Shown: in pieces, positions 1 to 8,361 of the stretch
Layout: every line of letters starts with the position of its first letter
Numbering within the stretch: position 1 is the first letter of the stretch
Source of the DNA: Candidatus Sysuimicrobiota bacterium CSP1-3
Lineage (GTDB): Bacteria > Sysuimicrobiota > Sysuimicrobiia > Sysuimicrobiales > Humicultoraceae
Length of the DNA stretch: 51,580 nt
Direction of reading: 5' to 3'
NCBI GenBank assembly: GCA_001443485.1
Contig: LDXQ01000005.1
Coordinates: 1 to 51,580, forward strand
Notes under the pieces: generated by a model
What the model saw: the letters and a program-made list of their open reading frames with translations, nothing else
Database searches by the model: none
What the model was told of the DNA's origin: nothing
Translations under genes and position numbers: made by a program

Positions 1-341
1 GACCCGGCAAGACCGGATCGGAGGAGCCGGAGTGGATGGTCCGGCTGGTGCCCACGCCGAAAGCGGTCCGCCTGGTGAAGGAACTGGCGCCCAAGACGTT
101 CCTCGCCGCCTTCAAACTCGAGGTCGGCAAGGGCCGCGATGAACTGGTGGCGAGCGCCCTGGAACTGCTGCGCAAGAACCGCTGCGACCTGGTCGTGGCC
201 AACGACCAGAAGGAGATCGAGGCCGGCGAGCACACCGGCTACTTCGTCGATCCGTCCGGCGAGGTGCTGGCGGTCGCGGAGGGTAAGGACGCCATCGCCC
301 GCACGCTCATCCGGCTGGTGGAGGAACGCCTGGCCGGGTGA
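1..341 (+). CDS. coaBC: Phosphopantothenoylcysteine synthetase/decarboxylase (CoaBC-like), C-terminal fragment. The 5' end lies outside the window.
   Basis: The frame is open from the window edge (codon phase starts at nt 3) to TGA 339-341. The tail '...CDLVVANDQ...EHTGYFVDPSGEV...KDAIARTLI' resembles the CoaB-domain C-terminus. GC3 is high. Confidence 0.55.
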   Translation, partial: PGKTGSEEPEWMVRLVPTPKAVRLVKELAPKTFLAAFKLEVGKGRDELVASALELLRKNRCDLVVANDQKEIEAGEHTGYFVDPSGEVLAVAEGKDAIARTLIRLVEERLAG

Positions 342-1285
342 GCAACCTCGTATCGCGGCCCGCCCGCCTCAGCCCGCCGCGTTGCGCGATCATCCTCGTG
401 GTCGGTGCGCTGGCGCTTGGCGTTCTGCTGGCGCCGACCGCGGGTGTCGCCGCCCCTGCGGTGACGATCGCCACTCTCAGCGCGGACGTCTGGCCCGAAC
501 ACGACGATCCGCGGGTGCTGATCATCTACCGCGGCACGCTCAGTGCGGACGCCCCACTGCCCTACCCGCTGAGTTTCGCCATCCCGGTCGGGGCGCAGGT
601 GCACGCCGCCGCCTACCGGCGCGACGGGCAACTGTTCGCCGCACAGTCCCAGACGAGCCGGGACGGCGACCAGGCACGGGTCGCGTTCCTGGTGCCGGTG
701 CGGGACTTCCAGTTTGAGTACTACGCCGACGTCATCTCCGGGCAGCCGCAGCGGGCGTTTGCCGTGGCCCTGGTCTTCCCGCTACTCGTGGAGAGCCTTC
801 AGGTGTCGGTGGAGCAGCCGCTCCGATCGTCCGGTTTCACGCTGACCCCGGCCTCCACCCGCACCGCCACCGGCGGTGGGTTTACGTATTACCTCTACAC
901 GGAGGAGCGGTGGCCGGCGGGGAAGGTCTGGAGCATCCGCGGGGCCTACCGCAAGGAGGACAACAATCCCTCGCTCCCGCGCGCGGCGCCGCCGCCCGCC
1001 GCAGCGCCCGCCCCGGTCACGGGCGGAGGTGGGCCCCTCCTCTGGCTTCTGCCCGCCGTCATCGGCGTCGTCCTCGGTGTTGCGGGAACCCTGACGGTCA
1101 CGTATCTGCGCCGCCCCAGAGCATCGCGCCACGCGCCGTCTCCGCCGCCCTCGCGCCGCCGGGACCGGTCAACCCGTCGCGACCAGGAACCCGCAGAGCC
1201 CCACTATTGCGCCAACTGCGGCACACGGGCGGGCCCCCGCGACCGCTTCTGCAGCAACTGCGGCCGGCCGCTGCCCCACACCTAG
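338..1285 (+). CDS. Membrane-anchored protein with an N-terminal signal/anchor, an extracytoplasmic domain, one further TM segment and a C-terminal zinc ribbon.
   Basis: GTG 338 overlaps the coaBC stop (GTGA). There is a hydrophobic N-terminus (IILVVGALALGVLLAP), a second TM (LLWLLPAVIGVVLGVAGTL) and a C-terminal 'CANCG...FCSNCG' zinc-ribbon motif. No family was recognised. Confidence 0.6.
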   Translation: MSNLVSRPARLSPPRCAIILVVGALALGVLLAPTAGVAAPAVTIATLSADVWPEHDDPRVLIIYRGTLSADAPLPYPLSFAIPVGAQVHAAAYRRDGQLFAAQSQTSRDGDQARVAFLVPVRDFQFEYYADVISGQPQRAFAVALVFPLLVESLQVSVEQPLRSSGFTLTPASTRTATGGGFTYYLYTEERWPAGKVWSIRGAYRKEDNNPSLPRAAPPPAAAPAPVTGGGGPLLWLLPAVIGVVLGVAGTLTVTYLRRPRASRHAPSPPPSRRRDRSTRRDQEPAEPHYCANCGTRAGPRDRFCSNCGRPLPHT

Positions 1286-1297
1286 TCTGAACCCGCT

Positions 1298-3294
1298 CTA
1301 CCCGGCGGCGACCCGCTGCGTCGTGCGGTGGGCCATCGCCATGATGGCGATCATCGGATTCACACTCGGCGCGGAAGGGAAAACGCTCGCGTCCGCGACA
1401 TACAGCCCGCGGACGCCGTAGACCTGTCCGGAGGGATCCACCGCGGCCCGCCGGGGGTCCGATCCCATGGGCAGGCCGCCCATCAGGTGCGCGCTAAAGA
1501 GCGCGAGCGCATTGGGCCGGATGCCCGCCGCGCGCACGCCCCGTGCGAAGCGGGTGGCCGCGTCGGGCTCATCCCGCCGCACCGCGACCCGCCGCGTGTG
1601 CAGGCTGTAGATCTCCCGCGCCCCGGCGGCGAGGTGGATCTTTCCCATCTCTTCGAGTCCCCGGAGCATGAGCCGCTGGTCCTCCGGGTGCAGCCGGTAG
1701 TGCACCACCGGGTCACCCCGCGCCGTCACCGTCACCCGACCCCATCGGTAATCCCGCACGAGGACGATAAACGCCGCCAGGTGGGCCAGGCGGGCCATCT
1801 GGCGCTTGTGATCCTCGCCGCTCGCCCAGGGGATGGCCATCGCGGCCAGACCCGGATGCGCCGGGGCGACCTCGATGGTGAACCCATGCGTTCCGGTCAG
1901 CCGCGCAAACTCGGTGCAGGCCGCGGTCTGCGGATGGCCCGACCAGAGCTCGATGGGGTGCGCGTAGATACCCACCCCCGCCGTCACCGGGTGGAGCCGG
2001 AGGCGCTGCCCGACCATCGCGTTGCCGATGCCGGACCGGAGCAGGAGGGCCGGCGAGAAGATTGCGCCGCCGGCCAGGACGACCGTCGTGCAGCGAACCG
2101 CCACACGGCGGCGCCGTCCGGAGGCGGGATCGGTCGCCGTGGCTTCGACGCCAATCACCTGTCCGCCGCGCGTGAGGATGCGCTCGGCCGCGCAGTGGAC
2201 AAGAACCTGCGCTCCCGCCGCGTACGCATCCTGCACGTAGGTCACCAGCGCATCTTGCTTGGCCCTGTGAGGGCAACCGTAGGCGCAGGGTCCGCAGTCC
2301 CCGCAGCCCTGCACATTGCGCGGCACCGTCTCCACACGGTAGCCCAGGGCCCGCGCGCCGTCCCAGAGCGCCTGATTGTTGGGATTGCGGTGACTCTCCA
2401 GCGTATTGACGTTGAGCCGCCGCTCGACGGCATCGAGGGCATCACGAAACTCTACCCCCGTGAGCCCGTCGATGCCGTGGTCGCGCTCCCACTCCTCCAG
2501 GACATCGGCCGGCGGGCGCAGGCTCGTGCACCAGTTCACAACGGTGCTGCCCCCCAGGCAGGTCGCCGCGAGCAGGCCAAACGCGTTGTCCGCCGTGGCA
2601 AACAGCCCTTTGCCCAGGGAGAGACCCTGCAGCATCTCGTACTCGTCCCCGGGTAGTCGCGCTGGCTGTAGTACCCGCCCCGCTCCAGCAGCAGCACCTG
2701 CCGGCCCGCCTGGCTCAGGACGGCGGCGGCGACGCTCCCGCCCGCGCCCGATCCGATGACGCAGATCTCCGTGGCGATCTGTGTGTCAGAGGTGACGGCC
2801 AGCGGCGTGATCGCCCTCGGCACCCCGCGCGGTGGCACCGGCGTCCCCGGAAACCCGATGGCCGGCCAGTTGGGATTCGCTTCGTCCGCCGCGTGCGCGG
2901 CATAGAAGAGGAAGGTGAAGATCTGCTTGAGGGCCTGGAATGCCATCCGCTTGAGAGGCAGGCGGCTCCGCGCCCACGAGCGAAGGTAGGCCGCGGCCTC
3001 ACCCGGCGACATCCGGAAGACCGCCTTCGGCCGCCCGGTGAGGAGGAGATTGACCAGTGGGTTACTCATGAGCCGCAGCAGCAGGCGCAGTTGTGCCCGG
3101 AGGTGTGCGGGAGCTTCTTCGAGCCCCGCTTCAACCAGCGGCGGCAGGTTGAGATCAGAGCCGCGCCGGTGGAGGAATGCGCGCCAGGCCGGTTCATCGC
3201 GGACGGCGGCCGGGGGGTCTCCCTGCTCCACGACCTCGGGTACGAGGGCGTCGCACAGCGCCTGGAGGGTCTTCCGCTCTCGGTCAGTGAGCAT
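1298..3294 (-). pseudogene. GMC-family FAD oxidoreductase (long-chain alcohol oxidase-like, with an N-terminal extension), interrupted by a 1-nt frameshift near 2647-2653.
   Basis: ORF 2536..3423(-) carries 'MLTDRERKTLQALCDAL...' and the FAD fold 'ICVIGSGAGGSVAAAVLSQAGRQVLLLERGGYYSQRDYPG', then turns to nonsense. ORF 1298..2635(-) continues in another frame with 'DEYEMLQGLSLGKG...CLGGSTVVNW...' and a GMC C-terminal domain. The junction lies in a CCCCGGG run. Confidence 0.7.
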
Positions 3295-3494
3295 TCGGCG
3301 GCGCCAGGATGTGGTCCCGCAGCCTGAGGGCGCTCGAGTACTTTCCCGCTTACTCTGGCTTCTCCTCCGACCGTCTCGCCCGCGCACCCGGGACAGGAGT
3401 TGACCGCCCACCTCCAGAACCACGCCAGACGTATCCCGCGGGCACGGACAACGTGACGCATTTCAGATCAGCCAGGGTGGAGGGCAGGATCGCA

Positions 3495-3737
3495 ATGGGG
3501 AAGGTGCAGGTCGAGATCGAGTATTGCGCGGAGTGAGGGTACGAAGGACACGCCGCCCGTGTGGCGGAGGAGATCCTCACGGAGCACGCGGAACGTCTGC
3601 AGGCGGTGGTGATCGTCCCGTCGTCCGGCGGCAGATTCGTGGTGAAGGCCGGGGGAAAGAAGGTCTTCAGCAAAGCGGATGCCGGCCGCTTCCCCCGCGA
3701 GGGAGAGGTCGCGGCCGCGCTGGCCAAAACCCTCTAG
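3495..3737 (+). CDS. Rdx family (SelW/SelT/SelH-like) selenoprotein, 80 aa, with in-frame UGA (Sec) at codon 14 in a C-A-E-U motif.
   Basis: ATG 3495 follows a GGAGGG RBS. The reading is 'MGKVQVEIEYCAE' + TGA(3534-3536) + 66 further sense codons 'GYEGHAARVAEEIL...VPSSGGRFVVKAGGKKVFSKADAGRFPREGEV...' to TAG 3735-3737. Rdx hallmarks (IxYCxxC/U, GG-F-V, G-FP) are present. GC3 stays high after the TGA. Confidence 0.8.
3545..3577 (+). promoter_or_regulatory. Candidate bacterial SECIS hairpin downstream of the UGA.
   Basis: The lower stem is AGGA(3545-3548)/TCCT(3574-3577). The upper stem is CCGCC(3553-3557)/GGCGG(3563-3567). The apical loop is CGTGT, contains GU and starts 21 nt after the UGA. 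Confidence 0.45.
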
Positions 3738-3759
3738 GTGATATAATCCACGGTAGCGA

Positions 3760-3834
3760 GCGGGCGTAGCTCAGCGGTAGAGCATCGGCTTCCCAAGCCG
3801 AGGGTCGTGGGTTCAAATCCCATCGCCCGCTCCA
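3760..3834 (+). tRNA. tRNA-Gly (anticodon CCC) with an encoded CCA end.
   Basis: Cloverleaf read by eye: acceptor GCGGGCG/CGCCCGC, D arm GCTC-AGCGGTA-GAGC, anticodon stem TCGGC/GCCGA with loop TTCCCAA, T arm GTGGG-TTCAAAT-CCCAT, then TCCA. Confidence 0.9.
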
Positions 3835-3835
3835 G
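3789..3835 (+). repeat. 47-nt direct repeat, copy 1 (3' part of tRNA-Gly, from the anticodon loop to CCA+1).
   Basis: CTTCCCAAGCCGAGGGTCGTGGGTTCAAATCCCATCGCCCGCTCCAG is identical to 10595..10641. Confidence 0.9.
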
Positions 3836-3847
3836 CTAGAATTGGCC

Positions 3848-3875
3848 GGGGATACGGGTTTCAGCCCGTGTCCCC
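3848..3875 (+). terminator. Stem-loop terminator after tRNA-Gly.
   Basis: GGGGATACGGG-tttcag-CCCGTGTCCCC forms an 11-bp stem with one G.U pair, followed by TTCTTCGTT. Confidence 0.55.
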
Positions 3876-3932
3876 TTCTTCGTTCCTGTCGCTTCAGGGT
3901 GGGAGTCGAGACGCTCCAAGGTTTTTTCATGG

Positions 3933-3995
3933 TCAATCCGCGAGGAGGATCGTGACGACGAGAACCAACTCGAGCAGACCCACCACTATCTTCAT
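3933..3995 (-). CDS. Possible 20-aa hydrophobic micropeptide (MKIVVGLLELVLVVTILLAD).
   Basis: It is an ATG-to-TGA ORF in the otherwise non-coding, lower-GC spacer after tRNA-Gly. It could form a single predicted TM helix. There is no convincing SD sequence. Confidence 0.15.
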   Translation of the reverse strand: MKIVVGLLELVLVVTILLAD

Positions 3996-4115
3996 TTGGG
4001 ATTCCCGAACACTTCCGTTGGAGGGTTCCGGCCTGGTTTCCTCGGTTTTCAGTCCAGACTGTGCCCGGCGACCCCTAAGGAGACTCCGAGAAGGCACGGC
4101 TCGGAAGCCAAGATG

Positions 4116-4166
4116 CTGACAGGACGGCACCCTCCGCCTCTGGATGGAACAGGGGGAACAGCGGCG
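4116..4166 (+). repeat. Non-coding repeat family, copy A (core).
   Basis: CTGACAGGACGGCACCCTCCGCCTCTGGATGGAACAGGGGGAACAGCG matches 10538-10588 with a handful of substitutions and one indel. Weaker similarity extends upstream to about 4074. Confidence 0.7.
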
Positions 4167-4216
4167 CTGAGGGAAGGGACGCCCGACTCTTGTTTCCCCC
4201 GTATCAGCTCAGCCGA

Positions 4217-5116
4217 TCACCGCGCCATCCCGGCCCTCCCGATCCACACTAACGAAGCCAGGGTGGCCTCCGCGGCGTTGTTGGCCGCGACCTGGAAGAA
4301 CGCGCGAATCTCCTGGGCGGCCGTCGCTGACCCCGATCCGCCTGCCAGATCGGACGCGGACCTCCAGGGGAGAACCTTCACCGCTCCCGTCGGCGTCCGC
4401 AGGGACGGGGTGAAGAAGGCGGTCTGCATAATCGCCGTGGTCTCCATGTCCACGCACTGCACTTCCTTGTCGGGGCGCGAGAACCTGGCAACGAAGTCCT
4501 GACGCACCTGCGCGTTGTCGAGGAAGATGTTCCCGGAAACTCCGATGCCGCCGACCTTGACTTCCGGCACCCGCCCCTGGACGGGAGCGAGCTTCACATC
4601 ACGCGAGGCTGCGAAACCGATCACGACGAGTTGGGGGTCCACTTTGAAGTACGCGGTGTACAGCGGCCCCGTGGACACGTTGGCATTAGCTCCGTCGAGA
4701 GGGCCCTGACGCACCGTGATCTTGCCGTCCGCGCCGACGTACCCGAAGTCGTGCTGGACCCATTCATCTTGTAGGAGTATGTCGCCGATGTGGTTCGTGG
4801 GGCTCATCCCACCACAGATCCCCGAGAACACGATCAGGGGCGGGTCATACAGGTCGATGGCGCGTTGCGTCGCGCGGGCCGCGTGGGTCATCCCCACCCG
4901 TGTTCCGATCAACGCGACCCGGACTCCGCCGAGAGTACCGACGTCCACCTGCCCGAGACTCGGGTCCGTGTGGGACTGCCGGTCGGTCATGCGCTGTCGC
5001 AGGAGCACCCCCTCGGGAGCGAACGCATAGAGCAACACGACGGTACGGGGATTCTGCGCGATGACGCTCGCAGGAATCAATAACGTCACCACTAACACGG
5101 CGAGCAGGCGTTTCAT
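4217..5116 (-). CDS. Secreted PNP_UDP_1-family nucleosidase/phosphorylase (MTA/SAH-nucleosidase-like).
   Basis: It has a signal peptide 'MKRLLAVLVVTLLIPASVIAQ'. It also has 'FSGICGGM' and 'VDMETTAI' motifs, as in MtnN/Pfs-type enzymes. An alternative start lies at 5134. Confidence 0.7.
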   Translation of the reverse strand: MKRLLAVLVVTLLIPASVIAQNPRTVVLLYAFAPEGVLLRQRMTDRQSHTDPSLGQVDVGTLGGVRVALIGTRVGMTHAARATQRAIDLYDPPLIVFSGICGGMSPTNHIGDILLQDEWVQHDFGYVGADGKITVRQGPLDGANANVSTGPLYTAYFKVDPQLVVIGFAASRDVKLAPVQGRVPEVKVGGIGVSGNIFLDNAQVRQDFVARFSRPDKEVQCVDMETTAIMQTAFFTPSLRTPTGAVKVLPWRSASDLAGGSGSATAAQEIRAFFQVAANNAAEATLASLVWIGRAGMAR

Positions 5117-5404
5117 CGTCCTTCCCCCCTCCATCTCTTACCTCGACTCAGTTTCGCATGATCGCCCCATAGAGGGCCACGGCGATAACTCCTGGCGGAC
5201 AAGAAAGGTGCTCTTCATCCTGGCTAATACTAAGTTCCGCCTCGAAGACCTGCGCTCCACGGCCCGCGCCTGAGCCGATCCTCGAATGCCGAGAGGGAAA
5301 GCCGCGCGGACTGTAGAACGGTCGCGCAGCGGCGGATGCTTCCAGGGACATCCAGGCACGTCTACCACAACACCCAATTCAGGAGGGACGGAGGGGAGGC
5401 CAAC

Positions 5405-6667
5405 ATGGACCGGGCACTTCGGTGGCGTATGAGGTTCGCTCCATTCCGGATCGTCATCCCATCGCTTGTGCTTGTCGCGCTCCTTGCGGGTTCCGGAGGC
5501 GGGATGGGCTCGTCAGCCTCCGCGGCGGCGGCGAACGCGACGCTGGCGATCCTGCACTTCAGCGTGATCAAGGGGACCACTTGGTCCGGCGCCCACGACC
5601 GCGCCGGCCAGCGCATCGCGAAGAAGTACCCGAACGTGAAATACGTCTTCCGTGAAGAGGTCGGACCGGACCTCACCATCCCCTACGCCGAAGAACTCAT
5701 CCGGCAGGGCGCCAACATCGTCATCGGGAACGCGGAGTTCATGGGACTTCCCCTCAAAGACATCGCGGACAAGTATCCCAAGGTGTACTTCGGGTCGGTG
5801 GTCGCCAGCGACGTCACGACCAAGCGGAACTTCATCCGATTCTTCCCGCGGCAGTACCAGGCCCTCTACCTCGAGGGGCTCATCGCGGCCGCGCTGACCC
5901 GCACCGGGAATGTCGGCATCGTCTCCGCCTTTCCGAATGTCCAGGTGATCCGCCGGCAGGCCGGCTTCTTCCTGGGCGTGCAGGACGGGGCTAAGGCGCT
6001 CAACAAGCGCGTCACCGTGTACGTGAAGTACGTGGGTGACTGGTACAAGCCCGCGGAGGAGCGCGAGATCGCCACGACCCTGGTGAGCCAGTACAAGGTG
6101 GACGTGATCACTCAGCAAACCGACTCCGGCTCCCCGCTGGACGTGGCGGGGGAGCGCAAGATCTGGTTCGTCGGCAAGGACATGGACGTGGTCGGCTTCT
6201 ACGGCTGGTCCAGCACCGACACGGTGGCCGTCTCCTTCGACACACGCTGGGAAGTCATCTACGATCGCATGGTCAGGGACTTCCTGGCCGGCAACCAGAA
6301 CCCGCGCGCCTTCCTCTATCTGGGGATGCGGGACACTATGACCCTGGCGGACGGCACGGTGGAAGCTGCCGTGGACATCATGAACAACAAGAAGGTGGGG
6401 GCGGACGCGGTCAGCCCGAAGGCGCGGCCGCTCATCCCCGCCTCGATCCTCAGGCTGGTGACCCAGCGCCGAGACCAGATGATGAAGGGCCAGTGGGATC
6501 CGTTCCAGGAGCACGCATTCGTCAGCAACGGGACCGGGCTGGCCCTCAAGGACACCCCGATTCCCGCCAAGGGGACGGTGGTGAAGAAGGCCGGGCAGAT
6601 GCCGGCCGACACATGGCTGCTGGGGAAGTTCAACTTCGACCTCAACGGGATGACCATCCTCAAGTGA
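5405..6667 (+). CDS. BMP-family (PnrA/Med-like) ABC substrate-binding protein, probably nucleoside-binding.
   Basis: ATG 5405 follows GGAGGGACGGAGGGGAGG. It has an N-terminal signal/anchor. It is followed by a two-domain ATPase and two permeases, the arrangement typical of BMP/nucleoside ABC importers. Confidence 0.7.
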   Translation: MDRALRWRMRFAPFRIVIPSLVLVALLAGSGGGMGSSASAAAANATLAILHFSVIKGTTWSGAHDRAGQRIAKKYPNVKYVFREEVGPDLTIPYAEELIRQGANIVIGNAEFMGLPLKDIADKYPKVYFGSVVASDVTTKRNFIRFFPRQYQALYLEGLIAAALTRTGNVGIVSAFPNVQVIRRQAGFFLGVQDGAKALNKRVTVYVKYVGDWYKPAEEREIATTLVSQYKVDVITQQTDSGSPLDVAGERKIWFVGKDMDVVGFYGWSSTDTVAVSFDTRWEVIYDRMVRDFLAGNQNPRAFLYLGMRDTMTLADGTVEAAVDIMNNKKVGADAVSPKARPLIPASILRLVTQRRDQMMKGQWDPFQEHAFVSNGTGLALKDTPIPAKGTVVKKAGQMPADTWLLGKFNFDLNGMTILK

Positions 6668-6731
6668 GGCTGGTGCCGGCAGGGACCCGCGGCGGGGTCC
6701 GGTGACCGGCCGTTCCTTCCCAGAGGGTATG

Positions 6732-6769
6732 AGGCTCCTCCGTTCGCCCAGACCGCGGCGGAGGAGCCT
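6732..6769 (+). other. Intercistronic stem-loop between the binding-protein and ATPase genes.
   Basis: AGGCTCCTCCG...CGGAGGAGCCT forms an 11-bp perfect stem, but there is no clean U-tract. It is likely an mRNA-stabilising or attenuating hairpin. Confidence 0.45.
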
Positions 6770-6804
6770 TCTCCCTTCCGGACGGCTCCCGGAGGTGTAC
6801 CGAC

Positions 6805-8361
6805 GTGCCGTTGACGTTGCCCGCTGACCGAGCTCCCACGGAACCCATCCTCGCGGCCAGGGGCATCACGAAGCGCTTCCCCGGAGTGCTCGCCCTCGAC
6901 CACGTGGACTTCGAGGTCCAGGCGGGCGATGTCCACGCGGTCCTGGGCCAGAACGGGGCAGGCAAGACCACGCTGATGAACATCCTGTTCGGGCTGGTGC
7001 AGCCCGACGAGGGCGCCCTGTACCTGCGGGGGCAACGGGTCCACTTCCGATCCCCCCACGACGCCATCGCGCAGGGGATCGGCATGGTCCACCAGACCCG
7101 CCGACTGGTGGCCGCGCACACGGTGTTGGAAAACATCGTGCTCGGACACCCCCGCGTGCGCGGCTTTCTCAACCTTCGCGGCGCGCGCCGCGAGGTGGAG
7201 GCGTTGTGCAACCGGTACGGCTTCACCGTGGACCTCGGAGCCAGGGTGTGGCAGCTCTCCGAAGGCGAACGGCAGTGGGTGGAGATCCTCAAGGCTCTGT
7301 ACGGCGGCGCGAAGATCCTGATCCTGGACGAGCCCACCTCCGTGCTCACGCCGCCGGAAGTGAAGACGCTCCTGGCGGGCCTGCAGGCCCTGGTCCGCGA
7401 CCGGGGCGTCACCGTCCTCCTCGTCACCCACAAGCTTCCCGTCGTCATGGCCGCAAGCCACCGGGTGACGGTCTTCAGGTCGGGGAGCGTCGTGGCGCGC
7501 CTGCGGACCGGGGAGGCCACCGAGGAGATCCTGGTCCAGCACATGATCGGCCGCGAGGTCGCCTTCCGTACCGCGGACCGATCCGCCGAAGCGGGGCGCC
7601 CGCTGCTGCACGTGGAACAGGTCTCCGCCTTCAACGACCGGGGCCTGCTCGCCTTGCGTGACCTCTCCTTCTCCCTCCGCGCGGGCGAAGTCCTGGGCGT
7701 GGCGGGCGTCACCGGTAACGGCCAGGAGGAGCTCGCCCAGGTCCTCGCCGGCCTGCGCCCGGTGACTTCAGGGAAGGTCCGCTTTGCTGACCGGGACGTG
7801 ACCCACCTGTCGCCCCTGGAGCGATGGCGGATGGGGGTCGGCTACATCCCGGCAGAACGCATCGAGGTCGCCTCCATCGCCGCCTTCTCCCTGGTGGAGA
7901 ACACCGCGCTGAACTATCATTTCGACCCCGCGTTCACCCCACGCGGCCTGCTCGACGACGCGGGCCTGGACCAGCTCACCCGGCGCATCCTGTCCGCCTA
8001 CAACGTGAAGGCTCCCCACCAGTACGCCCGGGCACGGCACCTATCGGGAGGCAACCTGCAGAGGCTCATCCTGGGCCGGGTGCTGTCCCGCAGACCCCGG
8101 CTCCTCATCGCGCACCTCCCCACGCAGGGCCTGGACGTAGAGGCCACAGCGTTCGTTCGCGCCAAACTCCTGGACGCCAGGGCGGAGGGGGCGGCGGTCC
8201 TGCTCATCTCCGAAGACCTGGACGAGATCCTGTCCCTGAGCGACTGGGTGGCCCCCATCTACGAAGGGCGATTCGTCGCCGTCCTCCTCCGGGAGCAGGC
8301 TGACAGCGAGACCGTGGGCGCCATGATGGCGGGGCTCCAGAAGGAGGCCGGCGCCCGGTGA
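6805..8361 (+). CDS. ABC transporter ATP-binding protein with duplicated ATPase domains (RbsA/nucleoside-importer type).
   Basis: GTG start follows GGAGG. Walker A 'GQNGAGKTT' and signature 'LSEGERQ' are present, plus a second domain with 'GVTGNGQEEL' and 'LSGGNLQ'. Confidence 0.85.
   Translation: MPLTLPADRAPTEPILAARGITKRFPGVLALDHVDFEVQAGDVHAVLGQNGAGKTTLMNILFGLVQPDEGALYLRGQRVHFRSPHDAIAQGIGMVHQTRRLVAAHTVLENIVLGHPRVRGFLNLRGARREVEALCNRYGFTVDLGARVWQLSEGERQWVEILKALYGGAKILILDEPTSVLTPPEVKTLLAGLQALVRDRGVTVLLVTHKLPVVMAASHRVTVFRSGSVVARLRTGEATEEILVQHMIGREVAFRTADRSAEAGRPLLHVEQVSAFNDRGLLALRDLSFSLRAGEVLGVAGVTGNGQEELAQVLAGLRPVTSGKVRFADRDVTHLSPLERWRMGVGYIPAERIEVASIAAFSLVENTALNYHFDPAFTPRGLLDDAGLDQLTRRILSAYNVKAPHQYARARHLSGGNLQRLILGRVLSRRPRLLIAHLPTQGLDVEATAFVRAKLLDARAEGAAVLLISEDLDEILSLSDWVAPIYEGRFVAVLLREQADSETVGAMMAGLQKEAGAR

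Noticed and set aside
3667-3936. Minus-strand ORFs 3667..3936 and 10449..10700, which share 'WSGRWDLNPRPSAWE'.
   Set aside because: The shared peptide is simply the antisense translation of the tRNA-Gly T-arm/acceptor repeat, so these are not protein genes.
5513-8361. Long antisense or out-of-frame ORFs across the nucleoside ABC operon, for example 5513..6514(-), 6316..7611(-), 6660..7712(-) and 7206..7661(+).
   Set aside because: Their translations are Arg/Pro/Gly/Ala-rich and low in complexity, and they lie opposite genes with clear motifs. This is the typical shadow-ORF artefact of GC-rich DNA.
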